DNA from: Pecten maximus
Taxonomy: Eukaryota
NCBI RefSeq assembly: GCF_902652985.1
Contig: NC_047022.1
Coordinates: 40,734,001 to 40,798,000 of the forward strand
Length of the DNA stretch: 64,000 nucleotides
Direction: 5' to 3'
Shown: positions 25,338 to 38,100 of the stretch, piece after piece
Numbering within the stretch: the first letter of the stretch is position 1
How the letters are laid out: each line of letters begins with the position of its first letter
Position numbers and translations under genes: made by a program
Notes under the pieces: generated by a model
What the model was told of the DNA's origin: nothing
What the model saw: only the letters and a program-made list of their open reading frames with translations
The model's database searches: none

Positions 25338-26535
25338 TATTTTAGAGGTTGCTATCTTCCTCCCTGCCATGTTTTCCCCTGAAGTCTATTTTAGAGGTTG
25401 CTGTCTTCGTCCCTGCCATGTTTTCCCCTGAAGTCTATTTTAGAGGTTGCTGTCTTCGTCCCTGCCATGTTTTCCCCTGAAGTCTATTTTAGAGGTTGCT
25501 ATCTTCCATCAGAAATCCAAGATGGCCGCCACAGCCGCCATCTTGAAAACACATTTTAAACTTCTTCTCAAGTTCCACCTGTGCTATTGAGCTGAAACTT
25601 GCCTGAAATGATCCTGAGATGATCCCGATCAAGTGTTGTTATTTTTCGGGCCAATCTGAAATCCAAGATGGCCGCCACAGCCGCCATCTTGAAAACACAT
25701 TTTAAACTTCTTCTCAAGTTCCACCTGTGCTATTGAGCTGAAACTTGCCTGAAATGATCCTGAGATGATCCCGATCAAGTGTTGTTATTTTTCGGGGCAA
25801 TCTGAAATCCAAGATGGCCGCCATAGCCGCCATCTTGAAAAACACATTTTAAACTTCTTCTCAAGTTCCACTGGTGCCATTGATCTGGAAATTAGTGAGG
25901 ATGTTTAGGGAGGGGAGCCAACAAAGTGGTGTTATTTTTTGGCCTTGTGAAAACTTTGACATGGCAGCCACGGTGGTCATTCTGTAACATGATTGTGCAA
26001 TCATGGTTTTCCTCAACAACACCTATTTCAAACTTCTCAAATTCCACCAGTTGGATTCAACTCTTATTTACCAGAAATGATCCTGAGATAGTCATGGTCA
26101 AGTGTTGTTATTTTCCCGGTTGATTTAAATTCTAAGATGGCCACCATGGCCAACAGTGCCACTATACTCGCTACAGAGAATGCATATAACAATAGTATAA
26201 GTGTCTTTAATTTAGAGTCAGATGACCGTTAAGGCCCCTGGGCCTCTTATTAGAGGTTGCTATCTTCCTCCCCGACGTGTTTTTCTCTGAACTGTTATTT
26301 TAGAGGTTGCTATCTTCCTCCCTGCCATGTTTTTCTCTGAACTGTTATTTTAGAGGTTGCTATCTTCCTCCCCGACATGTTTTTCTCTGAACTGTTATTT
26401 TAGAGGTTGCTATCTTCCTCCCTGCCATGTTTTTCTCTGAACTGTTATTTTAGAGGTTGCTATCTTCCTCCCCGACGTGTTTTTCTCTGAACTGTTATTT
26501 TAGAGGTTGCTATCTTCCTCCCTGCCATGTTTTCA
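25338..26535. repeat. 49/50-bp minisatellite (TTTTAGAGGTTGCTATCTTCCTCCCTGCCATGTTTT..) in two blocks split by an insertion
   Basis: Blocks at ~25338-25507 and ~26250-26535. Confidence 0.85.
25508..26250 (+). mobile_element. Helitron/HINE-like non-autonomous element with internal 146-bp tandem units, 5' truncated
   Basis: GAAATCCAAGATGGCCGCC..GCCGCCATCTTG at 25512, 25658 and 25804. Terminal hairpin AGGCCCCTGGGCCT followed by CTTATT. Confidence 0.75.
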
Positions 26536-26719
26536 TCCTTTTTAGATGGATGGATGGGATGGATTAGAACTATGCTATATGATAAGCCTGATGATTTCCT
26601 GCTTTATTTCAATTTCTAGGTAGTTACATCCCTGCTACCCTACCTACGATGTCCCAGGTCCTTCCCTATTGAAGGAATTGTTCCCATTGTCACGTTTTCT
26701 GTGACAGATGTGACAAATA

Positions 26720-27010
26720 ATTCAAGGTTGTATGGTCGACATCATGATCTCATTTGAAAATTTACGATTTCTTATTTAGTTTTGAAGTCAGTCGTGTTTG
26801 ATGCTTGTTGATATAGCTGTGCTTCCGTTGTCACTACTCTAGTTCTCATTTTGCGATTGTGACTTAACCATGGATTTTGCCTAAATTTGTATGGTGAGTG
26901 TCGTTGTGACCTAGATATGTATGGCGGATGTCGTTGTGACCTAGATATGTATGGCGGATGTAGTTGATAAAGAAGGGACGTTCACCCTTTGGAACACCTG
27001 GTCTCCATAC
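26720..27010 (+). mobile_element. Penelope-like element 3' remnant
   Basis: TTGTATGGTCGACATCATGATCTCATT = LYGRHHDLI, resembling the KFYGRHHDL motif of Penelope-like ORF ends. It is followed by GGGACGTTCACCCTTTGGAACACCTGGTC. Confidence 0.5.
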
Positions 27011-28091
27011 AAATCTATATATTTTATCATATTTGTCCCCATTTTATCTATTTTGAGTTAGAATTACGGTTTCGTTACGAAGTCAGTATTCTTCACATGT
27101 TGTTTTTGAAGAATCAATGTATACATAGAAACACACAGGTTCTTATAGGTCCACATCTTTATTTCTAACAGTTCAAAATCACTGTTCATGTTGGCAATGT
27201 ATATTTTAGATAAATGATTACATGAACTATCAGGATTAGAAGGTAACAGTGTTAAACATAGGCAATGCAAATCTGAACAAATCTGAATAAATAGTAATTA
27301 ATTATTATGTATCAAATCACATGTGGAAAGTGAAAACTGAACGTTCCCCTTCTCAACAATTACTGTTTTGTGTCGTGATGAAGATGAAAATTGTACGTAG
27401 AACAGACATACGATAATAGTGAAAAATAGAAATAGCAAATGTCCCAGATCCCATTAGTAACTGTATAACTGGTCAAATATTCAAATAGATATCCTGAACC
27501 TGGGTCTCGTGGACATTCAGAAGATGCTGTTTTCTCACACATTTTACCCATGTGACATTGAAAATGGATACCAATGTATAGCTCTTCATCTCGGCAAACT
27601 GGCCAAACAGGACTATAACTGTATACACACATACCTGTTATATTTTGTACCTTACATGTAAAGATAGTGTTACTCTCTATAATTATCAAAACTACAGAAA
27701 GTAATATATGTAGGGTCAAATACTGAAAATACTAAACAAATTAAATGATCAACTAACAAAGTTTAAATGGACTTGAAACAAACTACTGATGATACCAGGT
27801 TTACAGAGAAAAACAGTCATTCTTACATCAAAATTTGTTAAAAATTTACAAAAATATAAAGGTTTATTTACATCCATCTATAATAATAACAATAAAATTC
27901 TTAAAAATTCCATAAAAATTCAAGTCTATGATCAATACACGTGATGAATAGAAACTATCAAATAAAAATAAACCCACATTTTATGTGAAAAATATTTGAA
28001 AAGATCACTAGAAGTAAACATGTATCACATCAGGAACGATTTAATACAAAAGTGTGTTAAAGACTTTATGCAAATACCAAGATAATGTTTA

Positions 28092-28995
28092 TATCTGGAC
28101 GACTCTAATAAAGGTACACCATCACTCGTCCATGTTTGTATACCTGGACTGTTATAAAGGTACACCACCACTCGTCCATGTTTGTATACCTGGACTGTTA
28201 TAAAGGTACACCACTACTCGTCCATGTTTGTATACCTGGACGACTGTTATAAAGGTACACCACTCGTCCATGTTTGTATACCTGGACGACTGTTATAAAG
28301 GTACACCACCACTCGTCCATGTTTGTATACCTGGACTGTTATAAAGGTACACCACTCGTCCATGTTTGTATACCTGGACGACTATTATAAAGGTACACCA
28401 CCACTCGTCCATGTTTGTATACCTGGACTGTTATAAAGGTACACCACCACTCGTCCATGTTTGTATACCTTGACGACTGTTATAAAGGTACACCACTACT
28501 CATCCATGTTTGTATACCTGGACGACTGTTATAAAGGTACACCACTCGTCCATGTTTGTATACCTGGACTGTTATAAAGGTACACCACCACTCGTCCATG
28601 TTTGTATACCTGGACGACTATTATAAAGGTACACCACCACTCGTCCATGTTTGTATACCTGGACGACTGTTATAAAGGTACACCACCACTCGTCCATGTT
28701 TGTATACCTGGACGACTATTATAAAGGTACACCACTCGTCCATGTTTGTATACCTGGACTGTTATAAAGGTACACCACCACTCGTCCATGTTTGTATACC
28801 TGGACGACTATTATAAAGGTACACCACCACTCGTCCATGTTTGTATACCTGGACGACTGTTATAAAGGTACACCACCACTCGTCCATGTTTGTATACCTG
28901 TACGACTGTTATAAAGGTACACCACCACTCGTCCATGTTTGTATACCTGTACGACTGTTATAAAGGTACACCAACACTCGTCCATGTTTGTATAC
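28092..28995. repeat. 43-49-bp minisatellite (CACTCGTCCATGTTTGTATACCTGGAC[GAC]TGTTATAAAGGTACAC[CAC]), ~19 copies
   Basis: Direct tandem repetition. Confidence 0.93.
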
Positions 28996-31012
28996 CCTCC
29001 TCCTGTCACTCTCCTCATCACTTCATCACACCCTCCTCCTGTCACTATCCTCATCACTTCATCACACCTTCCTTCCATCACTATCCTCATCACTCCATCA
29101 CACCCTCCTCCTATCACTTTCCTCATCATTTCATCAAACCCTCCTCCCATCACTTTCCTCATCATTTCATCACAACCTCCTCCTGTCACTATCCGATCCT
29201 ATCCCTCAACACTCATCACAAACTCCCCTTCACACCCTCATCACTTCATCACACCCCCCTCCCATCACTATCCTCATCATTTCATCAAACCCTCCTCCCA
29301 TCACTTTCCTCATCACTTCATCACACCCACCCTCCTCCCATCACTATCCTCATCATTTCATCAAACCCCCCATCACCCTTTTATCACTTCATCACACCCC
29401 CCTCCCATCACTATCCTCATCACTTCATCAAACCCTCCTCCCATCACTCTCCTCATCACTTCATCACACCCTCCTGTCACTATCCTCATCACTTCATCAC
29501 ACCTTCCTTCCATCACTATCCTCATCGCTCCATCACACCCTCCTCCTATCACTATCCTCATCACTCAATCACATCCTCCAGTCACTATCCTCATCAAAAC
29601 CCCCCACCCTCTCCCACCATAAACCTCCCACCACCATCAATCACAACCCTCCCCATCACTATCCTCATCACTCCATCACAACCTCCTCCCATCACTATCC
29701 TCATCACTTCATCACACCCTCCTCCTGTCACTATCCTCATCACTTCATCACAACCTCCTCCCATCATTATCCTCATCACTCCATCACACCCTCCTCCTGT
29801 CACTATCCTCATCACTCCATCACAACCTCCTCCATCACTATCCTCATCACTCCATCACACCCTCCTCCCATCACTATCCTCATCGCTCCATCACACCCTC
29901 CTTCTATCACTTTCCTCATCACTTCATCACACCCTCCTCCTGTCACTATCCTCATCACTTCATCACACCCTCCTTCCATCAGTATTCTCATCACACCATC
30001 CTCCTGTCACTATCCTCATCACAACCTCCTCCCATCACTATCCTCATCGCTCCATTACACCCTCCTCCTATCACTATCCTCATCACTTCATCACAACCTC
30101 CTCCTGTCACTATCCTCATCATTTCATCACACTCTCCTCCCATCACTACCCTCATCACTTCATCACACCCTCCTCCTGTCACTATCCTCATCATTTCATC
30201 ACACCCTCCTCCCATCACTTCCCTCATCACTTCATCACACCCTCCTCCCATCACTACCCTCATCACTTCATCACACCCTCCTCCTGTCACTATCATCATC
30301 ACTTCATCAAACCCTCCTCCCATCACTACCCTCATCACTTCATCACACCCTCCTCCTGTCACTATCATCATCATGTCATCACACCCTCCTCCTGTCACCA
30401 TCCTCATCACACCCTCCTCCTGTCACCATCCTCATCACACCCTCCTCCTGTCACTATCATCATCATGTCATCACACCCTCCTCCTGTCACTATCCTCATC
30501 ACTCCATCACAACCTCCTGTCACTATCCTCATCATTTCATCACACTCTCCTCCCATCACTATCATCATCACTTCATCACACCCTCCTCCCATCACTACCC
30601 TCATCACTTCATCACACCCTCCTCCTGTCACTATCCTCATCACTCCATCACAACCTCCTCCTGTCACTATCCTCATCATTTCATCACACTCTCCTCCCAT
30701 CACTATCCTCATCGCTTCATCACACCCTCCTCCCATCACTATCCTCATCGCTTCATCACACCCTCCTCCATCACTATCCTCATCATTTCATCACACTCTC
30801 CTCCCATCACTACCCTTATCACTTCATCACACCCTCCTCCTGTCACTATCCTCATCGCTCCATCACACCCTCCTCCTGTCACTACCCTCATCACTTCATC
30901 ACACCCTCCTCCTGTCACTATCATCATCACTTAATCACACCCTCCTCCTGTCACTATCCTCATCGCTCCATCACACCCTCCTCCCATCACTATCCTCATC
31001 ACTTCATCACAC
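28996..31012. repeat. 36-bp C/T/A-rich minisatellite (CCCTCCTCCTGTCACTATCCTCATCACTTCATCACA)
   Basis: Direct tandem repetition; it generates spurious long ORFs in several frames. Confidence 0.93.
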
Positions 31013-31747
31013 CTTGTTTAAACACCTTCAAATGTATTATTAATCCCCACCATTACTATTTCTGAAACATCATAAAATATGATACCACACAAATGAAAAC
31101 ATTGGAATTTGAGCACATAGATTGTTATAAATGCTAACCTAGTGACTAGAATTATCTACAATTACATTTGTATAGTACAATTGCATTATTTTCCCAGAGA
31201 AATATTAAATTCTGTCAACTAAACGCATGTATGATGATACATTTAATGTTGAAAAGAATTACATGACGTATTCAGAAACAAAAGTGTTATTCGGCAGTCT
31301 GATGTATATTGATATGATTGACCAACAATTAAGTTCCCATCCACAACCATTCTGTAACGCCTCAACCAATTTTGTTTTTCTAAAGCTATGAAACAAGACA
31401 AATAAATATACATGGGTATAAAACTATTACTCAAATCTCACTGATGCTTCATTAATAATGTGGAATATTGAATATGTATACAAAAAAAAAAAAATTAATG
31501 AAATCATTAGATATCCTCTGTGTACAACACAACCTGTCCACTACAGTAATGTCAAAGTTCTACAGTGGAAACTTTGATGATTAAGTATAACAATAATCAA
31601 CCAAACAGTTTACACAGAATCCTGTGTTTACCGGTGTCTTCAACACAATGTGGGTGTAGCATGCTCACTACAATAACCTCAAACACTAATCAATATTTCT
31701 GACAATCACAACACAATGAATGTCACTGTAGTTTTTTGAAGTCCTAG

Positions 31748-32115
31748 GCCTCAGAATGTCCTCAGAATGCCCTCAGAATGCCTTCAGAACATCTTCATAA
31801 CCTCCTCAGAACATCCTCAGAACTGTCACCAGAACCTCCTCAACAGTACCTAAAATCTCCTCAGAACCTCTTCAGAACAGTACTCAGAACCTCCTCAGAA
31901 CCTCCTTAGAACCTCCTCAGAACAGTCCCCCGATACTCCTTAACATCCTCAGAACCTCCTCAGACTGGGTCTCAGAACCTCCTCAGAACCTCCTCAGAAC
32001 CTCCTCAGAACAACCTCAGAACCTCCTCAGAACCTTCTCAGGACATCCTCAGAACCTCCTCAGAACATCCTCAAACCCTCCTCAGAACCTCCTCAGAACA
32101 TCCTCAGAACCTTCC
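31748..32115. repeat. 11-bp repeat (CTCAGAACCTC) in the presumed calpain 3' UTR
   Basis: Direct tandem repetition immediately past the calpain stop codon. Confidence 0.85.
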
Positions 32116-32125
32116 TGGGACATTC

Positions 32126-35100
32126 TCAAAACGGTCCATCGAATGGTCCACTTCTACCTTTGACAGACGTGGTATGTCCATTCATCTGAACAGGTACATC
32201 TTCTTTAGGTCTGTTATAAAGGAGAAGGAAACGAGTTATCATTATTTCTTACTCTGTACCATGTGTCTATAAGTAATGGATAAAATGATGAGCCACAAAT
32301 AACATCCAATAACTGCATGGTACCATTAATGTTTAATGTTTAATGTTTATCAGTCAACATCGGATGGAATAAAAAGAAATGTGCAGGAAAATGTCACATC
32401 GATTATTGATACTGACAACCAACAACACAATAACTCTACATGGAAAGAGGTCCAAGGAATATGTGACACATTTACATACACATATACAACGGAAGCCTGT
32501 AGGGTTACATACACATATACAACGGAAGCCTGTCAGGTTATATACACATATACAACAGAAGCCTGTTGGTTATATACACACATACAACAGAAGCCTGTCA
32601 GGTTATATACACATATACAACAGAAGCCTGTTGGTTATATACACACATACAACGGAAGCCTGTCAGGTTATATACACACATACAACGGAAGCCTGTAGGG
32701 TTACATACACACATACAACGGAAGCCTGTAGGGTTACATACACACATACAACGGAAGCCTGTAGGATTACATACACATATACAACGGAAGCCTGTAGGGC
32801 TACATACACACATACAACGGAAGCCTGTCGGTTATATACACATATACTACGGAAGCCTGTCGGTTATATACACATATACAACGGAAGCCTGTAGGATTAC
32901 ATACACATATACAACGGAAGCCTGTAGGGCTACATACACACATACAACGGAAGCCTGTCGGTTATATACACATATACTACGGAAGCCTGTCGGTTATATA
33001 CACATATACAACGGAAGCCTGTAGGGTTACATACACACATACAACGGAAGCCTGTAGGGATTACATACACATATACAACGGAAGCCTGTAGGATTACATA
33101 CACACATACAACGGAAGCCTGTAGGGTTACATACACATATACAACGGAAGCCTGTAGGGTTACATACACATATACAACGGAAGCCTGTCGGTTATATACA
33201 CATATACAATGGAAGTCTGTAGGGTTACATACACATATACAACGGAAGCCTGTAGGGTTACATACACATATACAACGGAAGCCTGTAGGATTACATACAC
33301 ATATACAATGGAAGCCTGTAGGGTTATATACACATATACAATGGAAGCCTGTAGGGCTACATACACATATACAATGGAAGCATGTCGGGTTATATTTGGA
33401 GTAAAACAGTTTTCGGCTATATAACTCACCCAGCGAGACTAAATTTTTTCTCTCCAAACACTCGCAGCATGAAGCAGGACTCACTGACAATAAAGGTGGA
33501 TGGTATAATAACATAGTGACCTGGCTCCAATTCAAACCTCTGACTGACCTCGCGGTAGTTGATGTACACACCAGATTTACCACAGTCACGATTATAGCGG
33601 AAATGTTGGATGTTTAGCTTCACAGTGGGGTCCTGTGTCTGTTGATGAGAATCAATATAGTTTTAGTAACATTTCAAACTGATATATTTGATTATACAGA
33701 ACTCCCCACAATGTATCTTCGTTTTTCTTATATATATAGTTTTATTTGTAATACTGAAGTGTGTTGCATTTAATGCCAACAACCTATACACACATCACAT
33801 TTTTCTGAACATACATGTACGGTAACTGGTATCATTGATTCTAATGTAAGATACATTGTACATGTAAGTTGTTAACTATGCAGGGCTGTTGATCATTATT
33901 AAAAGCTTACCTTATAAATGAAGAATCCTATTTGGAGACTTTTGACCTTGACATTGCGCTTTGACCTTCGGTGTTCTTGCATTAGTGATATGACAATAGT
34001 ACACAGTCCCTCCCTCTCAGGGTCGTCCTTCTTCTCATCAAAGTCATCTGTAGCACAGGTCATAGTTCAAAGGTTAACAACTGGGGTACACACATGAAGA
34101 TAGACTTTACATAATTAGATTAGGACAAGGTTGTGTTATTGTATACAACAATATACCAGGGCTAAATTGAAATCAGAATTTAAAAAAAAAAAAAAAAATT
34201 TAACTTCACAATTTTTGTAAACTGTGTGAATTTATCAAAGGTTTGATGATAGCTACATATAGGACAAATATCTACTGTGAATTATGACATATTTACTGTC
34301 ACAAGTGTTTTACAATCATATTTACTTATTGTTTGATAAAGTCTTACAATTCTGTGACCAGTGTGAGTGTGACCTTACCTGGCTCTGTCAAGGTATGTTG
34401 AGTTGAGACCTTACCTTACAAGGTAGGTATGTAGGGTTGTGACCTTACCTGACAAGGTAAGTATGTAGAGTTGTGACCTCACCTGACAAGGTGAGTATGT
34501 AGGGTTGTGACCTTACCTGACAAGGTGAGTATGTAGGGTTGTGACCTTACCTGACAAGGTGAGTATGTATAATTGTGACCTTACCTGACAAGGTGAGTAT
34601 GTATAATTGTGACCTTACCTGACAAGGTGAGTATGTATAGTCATGACCTTACCTGACAAGGTGAGTATGTATAATTGTTACCTTACCTGACAAGGTAAAT
34701 ATGTAGAGTTGTGACCTCACCTGACAAGGTGAGTATGTATAATTCGTGACCTCACCTGACAAGGTGAGTATGTATATTCGTGACCTTACCTGACAAGGTA
34801 AGTATGTATAATTGTGACCTCACCTGACAAGGTGAGTATGTATAATTGTGACCTTACCTGACAAGGTGAGTATGTATAGTCATGACCTTACCTGACAAGG
34901 TGAGTATGTATAATTGTTACCTTACCTGACAAGGTAAGTATGTAGAGTTGTGACCTCACCTGACAAGGTGAGTATGTATAATTGTGACCTCACCTGACAA
35001 GGTGAGTATGTATATTCGTGACCTTACCTGACAAGGTGAGTATGTATATTCGTGACCTTACCTGACAAGGTGAGTATGTATAATTGTGACCTCACCTGAC

Positions 35101-38100
35101 AAGGTGAGTATGTATATTCGTGACCTTACCTGACAAGGTGAGTATGTATAATTGTGACCTTACCTGACAAGGTGAGTATGTATATTCGTGACCTTACCTG
35201 ACAAGGTGAGTATGTATAATTGTGACCTTACCTGACAAGGTAAATATGTAGAGTTGTGACCTCACCTGACAAGGTGAGTATGTATAATTGTGACCTTACC
35301 TGACAAGGTGAGTATGTATAGTCATGACCTTACCTGACAAGGTGAGTATGTATAATTGTGACCTTACCTGACAAGGTAAGTATGTATAGTCGTGACCTTA
35401 CCTGACAAGGTAAGTATGTATAGTCGTGACCTTACCTGACAAGGTAAGTATGTATAGTCATGACCTTACCTGACAAGGTGAGTATGTATATTCGTGACCT
35501 TACCTGACAAGGTAAATATGTAGAGTTGTGACCTCACCTGACAAGGTGAGTATGTATATTGTGACCTTACCTGACAAGGTGAGTATGTATATTCGTGACC
35601 TTACCTGACAAGGTGAGTATGTATATTCGTGACCTTACCTGACAAGGTGAGTATGTATAATTGTGACCTTACCTGACAAGGTGAGTATGTATAATTGTGA
35701 CCTTACCTGACAAGGTAAGTATGTATATTTGTGACCTCACCTGACAAGGTGAGTATGTATATTCGTGACCTTACCTGACAAGGTGAGTATGTATAGTCGT
35801 GACCTTACCTGGCTCTGACAGGGTGAGCACATATTGAGGGTTCATGGAGAACATGGCCAGGTCATTTCTAGATCCTCCAGCAGTCTTCCCCAGGATCCAT
35901 TCACCTTTAAGCATCTCTACATGGCCTGGAATATGTGTGATGTAAGTTCATTATGTCTTTTACAGACTAAAAATGTAATCAAGACTTAAATATCTTATTT
36001 AACAAAACATGTAATACCACTGGAACCATACCGCCACTAAACCGCACCTAATATACCACTGGTACCATACAGTCACTAAACCACACCTAATATACCACTG
36101 GTACCATACAGTTACTAAACCACACCTGTAATACCACTGGTACCATACAGTCACTAAACCACACCTGTAATACCACTGGTACCATACAGTCACTAAACCA
36201 CACCTAATATACCACTGACACCATACAGTCACTAAACCACACCTAATATACCACTGGTACCATACAGCCACAAAACCACACCTGTAATACCACTGGTACC
36301 ATACAGTCACAAAACCACACCTGTAATACCACTGGTACCATACAGTTACTAAACCATACCTGTAATACTACTGGTACCATACAGGCACTAAACCACACCT
36401 GTAATACCACTGGTACCATACAGCCACTAAACCACACCTGTAATACCACTGGCACCATACAGTCACTAAACCACACCTGTAATACCACTGGTACCATACA
36501 GTCACTAAACCACACCTGTAATACAACTGGTACCATACAGTTACTAAACCACACCTAATATACCACTGGTACCATACAGTCACTAAACCACACCTGTAAT
36601 ACCACTGGCACCATACAGTTACTAAACCACACCTAATATACCACTGGTACCATACAGTCACTAAACCACACCTGTAATACCACTGGTACCATACAGTCAC
36701 AAAACCACACCTGTAATACCACTGGTACCATACAGTTACTAAACCATACCTGTAATACAACTGGTACCATACAGCCACTAAACCACACCTGTAATACCAC
36801 TGGTACCATACAGTCACTAAACCATACCTGTAATACCACTGGTACCATACAGTCACTAAACCACACCTGTAATACCACTGGTACCATACAGTCACTAAAC
36901 CACACCTGTAATACCACTGGTACCATACAGTCACTAAACCACACCTGTAATACCACTGGTACCATACAGTCACTAAACCACACCTGTAATACCACTGGTA
37001 CCATACAGCCACTAAACCATACCTGTAATACCATTGGTACCATACAGCCACTAAACCACACCTGTAATACCACTGGTACCATACAGTCACTAAACCACAC
37101 CTGTAATACCACTGGTACCATACAGTCAATAAACTACACCTGTAATACCACTGGTACCATACAGTCACTAAACCACACCTGTTATACCACTGGTACCATA
37201 CAGTCACTAAACCACACCTGTAATACAACTGGTACCATACAGTCACTAAACCACACCTGTAATACCACTGGTACCACACAGTCACTAAACCACACCTGTA
37301 ATACCACTGGTACCATACAGTCACTAAACCACACCTGTAATACCACTGGCACCATACAGTTACTAAACCACACCTGTAATACCACTGGTACCATACAGTC
37401 ACTAAACCACACCTGTAATACCACTGGTACCATACAGTCACTAAACCACACCTGTAACACCACTGGTACCATACAGTCAACAAACCACACCTGTAATACC
37501 ACTGGTACCATACAGTCACTAAACCACACCTGTAATACCACTGGTACCATACAGTCACTAAACCACACCTGTAATACCACTGGTACCATACACTCACTAA
37601 ACCACACCTGTTATACCACTGGTACCATACAGTCACTAAACTACACCTGTAATACCACTGGTACCATACAGTCACTAAACCACACCTGTAATACCACTGG
37701 TACCATACAGTCACAAAACCACACCTGTAATACCACTGGTACTACACAGTCACTAAACCACACCTGTAATACCACTGGTACCATACAGCCACTAAACCAC
37801 ACCTGTAATACCACTGGCACCATACAGTCACTAAACCACACCTGTAATACCACTGGCACCATACAGTCACTAAACCACACCTGTAACACCACTGGTACCA
37901 TACAGTCAACAAACCACACCTGTAATACCACTGGTACCATACAGTCAACAAACCACACCTGTAATACCACTGGTACCATACAGTCACTAAACCACACCTG
38001 TAATACCACTGGTACCACACAGTCACTAAACCACACCTGTAATACCACTGGTACCATACAGTCACTAAACCACACCTAATATACCACTGGTACCATACAG

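Noticed and set aside
27360-27719. 119-aa ORF as a possible extra calpain (PEF) exon
   Set aside because: No EF-hand pattern in the frames I read, and exon 12 already has an in-frame stop.
28860-31065. Long His/Pro/Ser-rich ORFs (717, 648, 230 aa)
   Set aside because: A G-poor 36-bp minisatellite is open in all three plus frames at once, with no unique coding flanks or splice context.
32336-33424. TYTYTTEAC-type repetitive ORFs
   Set aside because: Products of the 33-bp satellite in intron 11.
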